Assembly (NCBI GenBank): GCA_903929485.1
Contig: CAIYUY010000021.1
Coordinates: 830-64,829 of the forward strand
Reading direction: 5' to 3'
Length of the DNA stretch: 64,000 nt
DNA from: an uncultured Desulfuromonadales bacterium
GTDB taxonomy: Bacteria > Desulfobacterota > Desulfuromonadia > Geobacterales > CAIOGM01
Positions 56,601-64,000 of the stretch are shown here, one piece after another; the first letter of the stretch is position 1; every line of letters begins with the position of its first letter. The notes under the pieces are model-generated. The model was not told where the DNA came from, did no database searches, and saw nothing but the letters and a program-made list of their open reading frames with translations. A program made the translations under genes and the position numbers.

Positions 56601-58609
56601 GCCGTAATCGTGCAGACCAAGGGGGTGCTTGAGGTAAAGGTCGGCGTCAGGAGGGAGGAGGCCGAGGCGGTGAGGGTCGGCGTCGTCCCGTAGATCTGGG
56701 CATTTGGGTTGTTAAAAGTGATCGTCTGACTTGCCTTGTTCACCGTTTGGGTAAGCGCTGAGGAGGTAGAACCGCCGTAGCTGCCGTCGCCGCCATAGAC
56801 GGCAGTCATGCTGTGGCTTCCGACGATGAGAGCAGTGGAGCTGTAAGTGGCCGAGCCGCCGGCAAGCGTAACGGCCGTCCCCAGGGGGGTCGCGCCATCC
56901 ATGAAGGTGACCGTGCCGGTGGCGGCGGATGGCACGACCGTGCCGGTGAAGGTGATCGAACTCCCCAAGGTGGCGGGGTTACGATTGGAAGAGATCGTGG
57001 TGGTGGTGGCGGCTAATTGGACCATCTTCAGCATGGTTGCCTGACCGACAAGGACGAGAGGGACAGGGGGGGTAACGCTGTTGTCGGGCGCATAAGGGTC
57101 ATACGCCGAATACGCCAGGTAGGGGACGCCATCGGGAGCAAAGGCCAGAGAGGTATAGAGAGCCTGACCGCTGGTGATCCCGGCGCTCCCCACCGCACTC
57201 CATGCACACGGAACTCCGGTGCATATCATCACCGTCGCCTTGCCTGAGTTACCGCTGGGACTAACCGGGGCTGTCCCGGTACTCGCCGGATCGGTGCCCG
57301 CTGTTCCGTCCCTATACGCCAGATAGGGGGTACCATCAGGGGCAATCTTCAAAGATAAGGCGCCGACAACGTCGGAGGATAACCCGGCGCTCCCCACCGT
57401 GCTCCAGACGGATCCGGCGTACTTCATCACGGTGGCTTTATTGCCGTTGCCGACATCCAGATACGCCACATAGGGGGCGCCGTCCGGGGCGAAGGAGAGG
57501 GAGGCGAGCCCGCCGAAGATGCTACCCGCGGAGACGCCCAAGGCGCCCCCCACCTGAGTCCAGGTCGACCCGGTGTATTTCATCACGGTGACCATAGAGT
57601 TGTTGGCAAGATCCGTATACGCCACATAAGGGGCGCCGTCCGGGGCGAAGGAGAGAGAGAGAGAATATATATATGAGGTGGAGACCCCGCCGCTCCCCAC
57701 CATACTCCAGACTGACCCGTTGTATTTCATCACGGTGGCCTTGTTGCTGCCGGAATAATCCATGTACGCCACGTAGGGGGCGCCGTCCGGGGCGAAGCTG
57801 ATGGAGAGCATCATAGACATTCCCGTGGAGAACTTGGCGTTTCCCACCGTGCTCCAGGCCGAACCGGTGTACTTCATCACGGTGGCTTTGGCGATGCCAT
57901 CGATGCTGGCGTCCGCAAACGCCACGTAGGGGGTGCCGTCGGGGGCGAAGGAGACGGAGGTAAACGCGGCTTGACTGGCGGAGAGCGCGGCGCCCCCCAC
58001 CATGCTCCAGGCCGATCCGGTGTATTTCATCACGACGGGAACCCCGCCGTTGGCTCCATCCTCATACGCCATATAGGGGGTGCCGTCCGGAGCAAATGTC
58101 ACACTGAGATAGTCGGCTTGCCCCGAGGAGATATGAGCCCCCCCCACCGTGCTCCAAACAGGAATAATAATGGCGGCCATGGTGGTGGCGACATTGGCCG
58201 TGACCGGGGTGGTCTGGAGGGTCGTCACGTCATCGGCGGTATAGCAGACCGTATAGGCGGTGCTCTGAGTCAGGTTGCGCAGCGTGTATGCGCCGGCCGT
58301 GGCTGCGATGAGCGGCAACGAGCCGTGGTAAGGGGCCGTGACCCCGCCGGCGGTCTGCCCCAGCTTGACCTGAGCCCCGGTGCCGCAGGCCGTCCCGCTG
58401 CCGCTCAGCAGGGTGAAATAGCCGGTCCCCGTGGCGTTGGATTTCAGGTTGAGGGTGACCTGGTTGGTTCCCAGGTTGGTCGTGGTGGGGGTGGTGAGGG
58501 TCGGCCCCGGTAACGGCAAGGCAATCACGCTCCCCACCGTCGTCACCAGGGTCAACGCCAGCATGGCCGCCAACCCGGTGAGGCGGCGGTACAATTTCCG
58601 TCTGTTCAT
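53612..58609 (-). CDS. Very large secreted repeat protein (beta-propeller-like blades, Ig/MBG-like domains, InlB-B-like C-terminal repeats)
   Basis: The start is set at MNRRKLYRRLTGLAAMLALTLV (AAGGAG RBS). There are at least 6 blades of the pattern ATVMKYTGSxWSxVG...FAPDGxPYVAY, and many T/S/G/A-rich Ig-like units. Confidence 0.8.
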   Translation of the reverse strand: MNRRKLYRRLTGLAAMLALTLVTTVGSVIALPLPGPTLTTPTTTNLGTNQVTLNLKSNATGTGYFTLLSGSGTACGTGAQVKLGQTAGGVTAPYHGSLPLIAATAGAYTLRNLTQSTAYTVCYTADDVTTLQTTPVTANVATTMAAIIIPVWSTVGGAHISSGQADYLSVTFAPDGTPYMAYEDGANGGVPVVMKYTGSAWSMVGGAALSASQAAFTSVSFAPDGTPYVAFADASIDGIAKATVMKYTGSAWSTVGNAKFSTGMSMMLSISFAPDGAPYVAYMDYSGSNKATVMKYNGSVWSMVGSGGVSTSYIYSLSLSFAPDGAPYVAYTDLANNSMVTVMKYTGSTWTQVGGALGVSAGSIFGGLASLSFAPDGAPYVAYLDVGNGNKATVMKYAGSVWSTVGSAGLSSDVVGALSLKIAPDGTPYLAYRDGTAGTDPASTGTAPVSPSGNSGKATVMICTGVPCAWSAVGSAGITSGQALYTSLAFAPDGVPYLAYSAYDPYAPDNSVTPPVPLVLVGQATMLKMVQLAATTTTISSNRNPATLGSSITFTGTVVPSAATGTVTFMDGATPLGTAVTLAGGSATYSSTALIVGSHSMTAVYGGDGSYGGSTSSALTQTVNKASQTITFNNPNAQIYGTTPTLTASASSLLTPTFTSSTPLVCTITAGGLLTFVAPGNCTINADQAGSSSYLPAPQAPQTFIVGKGTPVVTVTPGTYTYSGSAQGPGATETTKGGSTGSLTFSYLGTGATSYTASSTKPTTAGTYTATATVTTDTNYNAGSSSATAFTIAKATPVVTVTPGIYTYSGSAQGPGATETTKGNSTGSLSFSYLGTGATTYTASSTKPTTAGTYTATATVTSDTNYNSASSIVTAFTIAKATQTTAVTVTGPVSVIYGTTGTVTAGGGNGTGGYSFSATGSTGCAVSGATLSVTSVGGSCNLTATRDADDNYNASTTGASYPVTLNKAAQSTVTLTGVPATAAVGDTFTAIATGGSGTGLYSYTFNGTACTVDFATGVGAIIHVTGGCSVTAARASDLNYNVSADSVPAAITTITRAAAGVSVWPTASAITYGRTLADSSLIGGVSVPAGAFTFTTPLTTPNAGTSSQNVTFTPTNTIDYSAVSFTVSVLVNKADPIIAFNSLPVTVGGSGIVSATGGSGSFTFGAVSTADCAVSGATVTGLKAGVANCVITADQAASANYNAATLTQGFSIGQGSQIITFGPSPTLVVGGNGTVSASAGSGLVVTYATTTPDVCTLSGVNNSTATGVKGGICTITAAQPGNSNFSAAPAAAQSFTVALGNQTITFGAAPNLETDGTATVTATGGRSGNPVLFSSLTPTTCSVSGTNGSTVTGLTPGACAISANQAGVAGYYNAAGQTTQNLIVTPKNQVSVVIQTNPSGLNFTVTDSDGVNSYVAPHAFAWVPGSLHTVTAPPTQPGITGVRYLFTNWSDGGAVTHVVTAPVAGASYTAAFATQYQLTTTTDGHGAAFPPQQWYNAGEYATILATPAAGYVFSAWTLTGGTGLITNPAAATTSVVMNGPVGINGAMLLLAPANLSASIVSGNKSGIIGGIRSWPISIQNTGNAAADGVTLNSVTLSTSGACKPTVTTDSLLPLTYGSIAGPGVVTQNIQVNFAKCPSLTKFTVTVRYGAANGVNGSNVFTGVTQ
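55963..56478 (-). repeat. Intragenic 258-bp (86-aa) tandem duplication
   Basis: Units 55963-56220 and 56221-56478 both encode K(A/G)TPVVTVTPG.YTYSGSAQGPGATETTKG.STGSL.FSYLGTGAT.YTASSTKPTTAGTYTATATVT.DTNYN... They are near-identical by eye. Confidence 0.8.
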
Positions 58610-58867
58610 CGGCACTCCTTGTGTCTTGGTTCTTTTTTCTCCCTGACTCTGCACGAACCCGGCCACAACGAGAAAGGCTATGCCAACTGGGACGCGGTGT
58701 GTATACACAAAGATTGCAGGGAAAGTGGTAGCAACAGAAGAGGAGTAACCGGAATGATTACGTTTTAGCGTTTGGCGACCGGAGCGCCCGCAACGTTAAC
58801 AATACACACAATAAGTTAAAAATAATAATGAGAGGAGGAGTCATGACGCAACAAGCCGCAATTGTGA

Positions 58868-58900
58868 CGAAATGCATCGAAATGCATCGAATTGCATCGG
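58868..58900. repeat. Three direct 10-bp repeats (cgaaatgcat), the first two containing the ATGCAT palindrome and the third degenerate (ttgcat)
   Basis: gacgaaatgcatcgaaatgcatcgaattgcatcgg, about 260-290 nt upstream of the giant gene start. Confidence 0.6.
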
Positions 58901-59156
58901 TCGAATAGGGGGAAAAAGGGCAAAAAAGCGGAGGTTACCGGCGCTTTGGCGTACCCGCCAAGCCATATGACGGAAGGAGACCGTTGGCCGTTGACCGTTG
59001 TCGACCCGATACGCTTTATGATGGATGGGGATGTTGGGAAGGGGGAGGAAGGCGAACCGGACAACCGTAACTGAGAGATCTTCTCCGTACAGACGAATCG
59101 AAATCTGCTCGTAGGTTGGGGTGAGGCGCGAGCCCCAACGTTATAAAATACCGTTT

Positions 59157-59501
59157 TTACACAATCTTCGCATGGAGTCGCCGTTGATGTCGTATAACCG
59201 GAGCAAGCGCCCTCAAAGCTTCGGCAACGGTTGCGGCATCAGGAAATACATCTAAAATATCCGGTGGTATCACTACCACGTTGGCCCCTTCCGCATGCCG
59301 TTTCGCGGTAACACCTCGAACAGCCTTCAAAAAATCATAACCCATAGCGTCTCTACATTCCGTCCTGAAGCGGACGGGACAGAGTGAATTATAAGCGGAT
59401 GCTAAAAATACGAGGACATGCAGCGTAAGATACGGCGCCAAAGCCATGAAATAGCCGAGGCCAGGCGGGAGGCGGATGAGGCGAGGCAATAAATCCTTCA
59501 C
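59157..59501 (-). CDS. Hypothetical protein; the C-terminal 62 aa resemble a small antitoxin-like family
   Basis: MGYDFLKAVRGVTAKRHAEGANVVVIPPDILDVFPDAATVAEALRAL. The N-terminal half of the ORF is dubious and no partner toxin was seen. Confidence 0.35.
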   Translation of the reverse strand: MKDLLPRLIRLPPGLGYFMALAPYLTLHVLVFLASAYNSLCPVRFRTECRDAMGYDFLKAVRGVTAKRHAEGANVVVIPPDILDVFPDAATVAEALRALAPVIRHQRRLHAKIV

Positions 59502-59525
59502 TCTTCAAGAGTTGGTGCGCATACC

Positions 59526-61064
59526 CTACCCTTCGATCTCGAATCCCACGATGTTCCGGCTCTCCCGGCTGAACTCCACGCCGACCAGGCTAATCGGCTC
59601 ATTGTACCGCCGATACTTCTCGGCATACCCCTTGCTTCGCAGCTGCTCCAGAGCCTTTCCTTCCGGAACCATCTCCACCACCTTGAATTCAAACAGGTAG
59701 ATCCGGCGGTTATACCGCACCGTCATGTCGATCCGCCCCTTGTTGGTGGCGTCCTCCACGATGATCTCCAATCCCAGCGCGGCGAAGTAGCTGTAGAAGA
59801 TACTGGCGTAGTACCCTTCGTATCCCGCCAGCTGATTTTTTCGGTACCAGTCGTGGGGAATGGAGGCGAAGAAGGAGTGGAAGAGCTCCCGCAGGGCCGG
59901 AAGGTCGTCGGCCTTCAGAATGTCGTAGAGTCGGCTGACATTAACCGCGGGAACCATGGGGTCCTGGGATAATTCCCGCAGCAGGGCGTCGTTCAGGCTG
60001 GACTGAACCTCCTTGTTGGGGTAGCGGAGGGTCAGTTCCAACCGGCCGGGGAGGTAGCGGGCAAAGTCGATGGTGAGATAGCCGGTCTGAAACAGCAGCG
60101 CCTCAACGGGGATGTTGTCCACGTCGAAGGTGGAGAGGAGGGATTCGGGGGCCATGATCCGGGCGAGGTCGGGGGTGAACTGCTGACGCCGGGAAAGGAG
60201 TTTGATGAGAAACGTGGGGGTTCCGGTCTCGAACCACCAGGGGCGGAACTGGCGTTGGTCAAACAGCAGCAGCAGGTCGAAGGGGTTGTAGACTGCGTCA
60301 CCGGTCCAGTTGTAGCCGTTGTACCAATCCCTGATCTCGTCGCGATCCAGCCCCTCCAACTCGGGAGCAAAGACGGCGTCAAGATCGCTGTCGGTATAGC
60401 CGCAGATGGCGCTGTATCGTTTGTCAATGGTGATATCTTTCAGGTTATTGAGCCCGGAGAAGAGGCTCACCTTGGAGAACTTGCTGACTCCGGTGAGAAA
60501 GGCGAACTTGACGTGGGCATCCGCCCCCTTGATGACGGAATAGATATCCTTGAGCTTTTCACGCATGTCAAGAGCCGTGTCCGATGATTCGATGTTATCC
60601 AGGATCGGCTTGTCGTACTCGTCAACCAGGACCACCACCCTTTGTCCGAACTTTTGGTGAGTCTTTTGTATCAGTTCCAAAAAACAGCCGGCGTTGCTGG
60701 CGGCTTCACAGACGACGCCCAGCCGCAGCTGATGATGACGGAGCAACTCGGTGATTCTCTCCTTCAGCTCACCGCCGCTTTTCAATACTCCTTCGCCGAA
60801 GCTGAGCCTGATGACCGGGTAGGTTACCGACCAATTCCATTGATCACCTGCCGCCAGCCCCTGGAAGAGGGGCCGGTTTCCCTCGAACAGTTCCTTCAGG
60901 GTGTCCAGAAACAGGCTCTTGCCGAAACGCCGCGGCCGTGAGAGGAAGTAGTACTTCCCCTGGTCGATGAGTTGCAGGACGAAGCCGCTCTTGTCAACGT
61001 AGTAAAAGTCGCCTTCGCGGATCTCTTGCAAGGTCTGAATGCCGATGGGGAGTTTTTTGCGCAT
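59526..61064 (-). CDS. AAA-ATPase-like domain protein with C-terminal PD-(D/E)XK nuclease domain
   Basis: MRKKLPIGIQTLQEIREGDFYYVDKSGFV...LSRPRRFGKSLFLDTL. The C-terminus has GRIDMTV...IYLFEFKV. Confidence 0.85.
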   Translation of the reverse strand: MRKKLPIGIQTLQEIREGDFYYVDKSGFVLQLIDQGKYYFLSRPRRFGKSLFLDTLKELFEGNRPLFQGLAAGDQWNWSVTYPVIRLSFGEGVLKSGGELKERITELLRHHQLRLGVVCEAASNAGCFLELIQKTHQKFGQRVVVLVDEYDKPILDNIESSDTALDMREKLKDIYSVIKGADAHVKFAFLTGVSKFSKVSLFSGLNNLKDITIDKRYSAICGYTDSDLDAVFAPELEGLDRDEIRDWYNGYNWTGDAVYNPFDLLLLFDQRQFRPWWFETGTPTFLIKLLSRRQQFTPDLARIMAPESLLSTFDVDNIPVEALLFQTGYLTIDFARYLPGRLELTLRYPNKEVQSSLNDALLRELSQDPMVPAVNVSRLYDILKADDLPALRELFHSFFASIPHDWYRKNQLAGYEGYYASIFYSYFAALGLEIIVEDATNKGRIDMTVRYNRRIYLFEFKVVEMVPEGKALEQLRSKGYAEKYRRYNEPISLVGVEFSRESRNIVGFEIEG

Positions 61065-61096
61065 GATCCGCCTCTTGAATTATTCTCATAAGCTAC

Positions 61097-61207
61097 TTCG
61101 ATTCCCCTTGCCGTGTCAAGAAATTCGTCCCCGTTCATCCCGCCCAGAGCTGGTTACATGGTGTCATGGCGGATACGACAAGAGCTCCAAGGTTTTAAAA
61201 CCCCACG
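61097..61207. repeat. Second copy of the ATPase-upstream module
   Basis: See 52416-52522. The gene-proximal end reads CTTGACACGGCAAGGGGAATCGAA on the minus strand, 33 nt from the ATG. Confidence 0.8.
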
Positions 61208-61550
61208 GAGGTGTCCAAAAGCACCCCGTCGAAGTCTTTCAGTGTGAACGTTCCGTTGCCGCTGGAAACGCCGCTCACGGTGACGGAGAGCGCCGTGACG
61301 AGTCCGGCAATGTTCGCGCCGTAAGGTGATTCGCGACAAAAAACATACCAACCGTCTGTCATCCTGAGCAACGCGAAGGATCTGCTTTTCAAACAGAAGC
61401 AGATTCTTCGCTATCGCTCAGAATGACATCTTTTAGAGTTATCAGGGTATTATCTTTGTCGCGAATCACCTAAGACGCGGCGCCGGTGGAGTACATCTGG
61501 TCGGCGCTGATGTCGAAGACATTGCGACCGGGATTGGTCGGCAGGGCCAT
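61195..61550 (-). pseudogene. Small ORF split by the MITE (MALPTNPGRNVFDISADQMYSTGAAS* / ...YGANIAGLVTALSVTVSGVSSGNGTFTLKDFDGVLLDTSVGF*)
   Basis: Removing the element plus one target-site copy joins the two parts in frame. It is uncertain whether this is a real gene. Confidence 0.35.
61326..61469. mobile_element. 144-bp MITE-like element, copy 2
   Basis: Has perfect 15-bp TIRs (GTGATTCGCGACAAA). It differs from copy 1 at 2 positions and is flanked by gtaag / ctaag. Confidence 0.85.
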
Positions 61551-61728
61551 GCTTTGAATGCCACGATTCCGGCATTTGCCGACAAGACCGGATCTCGGGC
61601 CGGCCTGATTGAATCCAACTATGAACTTGCTCGTTTGGAGGAAAGAGAGGACGGTTTGAAAGAAGGAAAAGAAGAGTGACGGGACGAGGGCGAGAGACTC
61701 AAAGCGCTTGATGTTGCGTCCCTGAGCA

Positions 61729-62328
61729 TCAGATCAGTTTCATCTCTGCCAGATAGGCTCGGATAATCTCGGCGCACGTTTCGGCGGAACTGTCCGAGGT
61801 GTCAAAACGGAGTTCGGGAGACTCCGGCGTCTGATAGGGAGAGTCGATCCCGGTGAAATTGGGGATCTCCCCCCGGCGCGCCTTGCGATACAAACCCTTG
61901 GGATCACGACGTTCGCATTCGGTCAGGGGCGTGGCCAGATGGATTTCAATGAATTCTCCTGACGGAAACAACCGGCGCACCAGTTCCCGTTCGGTCCGAA
62001 AGGGAGAGATGAACGCGGTGAGCACGATCAAACCGGCATCCGCCATCAGTCTGGCCACCTCGCCCACGCGACGGATGTTCTCGACGCGGTCCGCCTCGGT
62101 GAACCCCAGGTCCTTGTTGAGCCCGTGGCGAACGTTATCCCCATCCAGCAGGACAGTGTGGCGACCTTGGGTCAGAAGTTGCCGTTCCAGGCAGTTGGCG
62201 ATGGTCGATTTTCCCGAGCCCGACAGGCCGGTGAACCAGAGGACGCAAGGCCGTTGCCCTTTGAGACCGGCCCGCTCGCGCCGACTCACCTCCTCTGTGT
62301 ATTGTCGGACATTGAGAAGGTGGTTCAT
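61729..62328 (-). CDS. cysC: Adenylylsulfate (APS) kinase
   Basis: [16 protein letters not shown]..., [16 protein letters not shown] and ISPF motifs. Confidence 0.95.
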   Translation of the reverse strand: MNHLLNVRQYTEEVSRRERAGLKGQRPCVLWFTGLSGSGKSTIANCLERQLLTQGRHTVLLDGDNVRHGLNKDLGFTEADRVENIRRVGEVARLMADAGLIVLTAFISPFRTERELVRRLFPSGEFIEIHLATPLTECERRDPKGLYRKARRGEIPNFTGIDSPYQTPESPELRFDTSDSSAETCAEIIRAYLAEMKLI

Positions 62329-64000
62329 GCCGCGTTCGACAGTGATGCCGCCACGGGTAGTTCACCCCGCGTATGCCGATAAAACCGCGGGGCCACGGCG
62401 CCGGCCATGGCCGCCTCATGGAGGCCACCCCCCAGAAAAGCGTTGATCCGGGCGGCGATGGCGGCCGGTTCCCGGAGACAGTCGCGATGCTCCACGTAGA
62501 GCACCGGGATTTTCCGGATGGCGAGGATCTTTCTGATCTGCTGCATCTGGGTGAGATAGGTATGCTTGAGGAGCGTATCGGGGATCCGGGCGCTCTCTTT
62601 ACCCTGGGCCGCCAGCATGTCCCGCTGGGATGCCACGACCTCGTTGAGATCGCGCAGCATGAAGATCACCCCGTAGCGGTTGGCCGGGTCGGCCGGCAGA
62701 TTTCCCAGAAGCTGCGCCACGATCTTGACCGCCTTCCCCCGGGCCTCGGGGAGCCAGGAGGCGTCCCGGTGCAGCCCTCTGGCCCGGATATCTTCAAAAT
62801 AGCCATTCTCATTATCGGCGTCGGCCGGACGGTGGTCGTCCACCAGCGGCGTGACGCCCCCCGCGTTGAGCATCTGCATCATCATGGAGGTTCCCGAGCG
62901 GGGAAGTCCGGAAACGATGGTGATGGTCTCGGCAAGCGGAGCCGTTATCTGTTTCGGCAGGTCGGGGTCCTGCTCCAAGGCGTACCGGTCGGAAGTGATG
63001 GCGGTCCGCCTGGCCGCCGGCGCTGCCTGGGCTGTTGTCCGGCCCGAGGTGATATCCTTGTTCCGCTGCCTGGCCTCTTCGGCTTTTTGCCGGTACTCCG
63101 CCGCCAGGGCCGGATCTTTGAGACGCTTTTCGATGATGAAGGCGATGCGGTTCAGAGCCGGGACCAGGTTGGGATTCTGCATGAGCGCCACCTTCAGCGC
63201 CTCCACGGCCTGGAGCGGGCGGCCCAGACGATGGAGCGCCACCCCCAGATAGAAATGGGCGGAAGGGTTCAGATAGGAGAGACCGATGGCGTCCAGGGCG
63301 CAGGCAAGCGCCTGTTTGTTGCGCAGGAGCCCCAGATGACAGCGACAGAGACCCAGATGGGGAGCGGCGTTTTCGGGGTCGATCTCCAGAGCCCGGCGAA
63401 AGCTCGCCTCGGCCGTGCGCCACTCCTTTTGGAACAGGTAGGCTTCCCCGGTGCGGATATGCAACTCCGCTCCCTCGGGGTTGAACTCTGCCGCCGTGGC
63501 CAGATGCCGCAGCGCAGCCGGCGCGTCCCCTTCCGCCAGACACTGCCCGGCCAGGAGGAACTCCACGCCGTAGGGGTTGGTTCCCGTCAGACTCGACAGC
63601 CGCCGCAGCTCATAACGGTCCTGATCGGTCAGCTCCTCCGGCTTGCTCTCCTGATGTTCCTCCTGCCACTGTTTCAGCTTCTCCGTGGCCCGGACCGCGC
63701 TCTCTTCCTTGTCGGCGAAGAGTCGGCGCAGGGCGACACCGGCTTCGGTGACTCGCCCCAGGGACTGGAGAGCCTGCACGAGATGGATGCCGAAGCGGGA
63801 TTCGTCTGGCCACCCCCCGGTCAGCTTTTCCAGCAGGGGAAGGGCATCCAGGTGCCGGTTGGCGTCCATATAGGCGCCGGCCAGGTTATAATCCAGCTCG
63901 CGGACGGTTTCCGCCAGAGCTTGTTCCAGATCATCGGCGGGCTTGTCGATATACCCCAGGGCCACCAACTGAGCGATGGCCTGGCGATTGGCCACCGGGT
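62325..64000 (-). CDS. TPR-repeat protein with C-terminal sulfotransferase domain (5' end probably outside the window)
   Basis: PAPS-binding loop [17 protein letters not shown] repeats fill the N-terminal two-thirds. The stop overlaps the cysC start (ATGA). Confidence 0.8.
   Translation of the reverse strand, partial: PVANRQAIAQLVALGYIDKPADDLEQALAETVRELDYNLAGAYMDANRHLDALPLLEKLTGGWPDESRFGIHLVQALQSLGRVTEAGVALRRLFADKEESAVRATEKLKQWQEEHQESKPEELTDQDRYELRRLSSLTGTNPYGVEFLLAGQCLAEGDAPAALRHLATAAEFNPEGAELHIRTGEAYLFQKEWRTAEASFRRALEIDPENAAPHLGLCRCHLGLLRNKQALACALDAIGLSYLNPSAHFYLGVALHRLGRPLQAVEALKVALMQNPNLVPALNRIAFIIEKRLKDPALAAEYRQKAEEARQRNKDITSGRTTAQAAPAARRTAITSDRYALEQDPDLPKQITAPLAETITIVSGLPRSGTSMMMQMLNAGGVTPLVDDHRPADADNENGYFEDIRARGLHRDASWLPEARGKAVKIVAQLLGNLPADPANRYGVIFMLRDLNEVVASQRDMLAAQGKESARIPDTLLKHTYLTQMQQIRKILAIRKIPVLYVEHRDCLREPAAIAARINAFLGGGLHEAAMAGAVAPRFYRHTRGELPVAASLSNAA

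Noticed and set aside
1-64000. tRNA, rRNA and tmRNA genes
   Set aside because: I noticed no T-loop/acceptor-type motifs (for example GGTTCGAATCC) and no rRNA-like stretches in any intergenic region.

Overview
This is a GC-rich 64-kb chromosomal segment. Its gene content (ImcH-/CbcL-type cytochromes, PEP-CTERM proteins, GxxExxY cassettes, sigma-54-type promoters) suggests a Geobacter/Desulfuromonadales-like bacterium; this is inference only, as no database search was possible. Housekeeping blocks are: a partial CHASE-PAS histidine kinase, cysS-glnS-ispF-ispD, engB, a B12 riboswitch with cobC, a pabB/pabC fusion, trmO, an SNF2 helicase, pit/DUF47, DAHP synthase, a class-V aminotransferase, rubredoxin, GTP-PEPCK, cbpA and cysC. 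These are interleaved with accessory patches of three kinds. (1) Gene debris: type I R-M scars, higBA and HEPN/MNT scraps, a PIN fragment and a cobS tail. (2) Small mobile or repeat DNA: a 144-bp MITE in two copies (2 mismatches by my alignment) with 5-bp target duplications, a Y1/HUH RAYT-like transposase bracketed by 29-bp inverted repeats, one intact and one decayed GxxExxY cassette, and several REP-like palindromes. (3) Surface-protein genes: two PEP-CTERM proteins, a ~1665-aa repeat protein, two TPR membrane paralogs, and a TPR-sulfotransferase coupled to cysC. The standout is a ~10-kb single-strand cluster (34755-44904). It places side by side a CbcL-type 9-haem/di-haem-b fusion, a tetrahaem + Tat-FeS + NrfD module, a DUF2339-like polytopic protein, and two tandem ImcH-type 7-haem proteins (27 haem-c motifs counted by eye). 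Other leads are an aromatic-rich leader ORF (FSFWYGYYF) ahead of DAHP synthase, and a shared ~110-nt upstream module ending in TTGACA in front of two unrelated ATPase genes. I saw no rRNA, tRNA or CRISPR array. ORF-track entries antisense to the genes below are treated as shadow ORFs.
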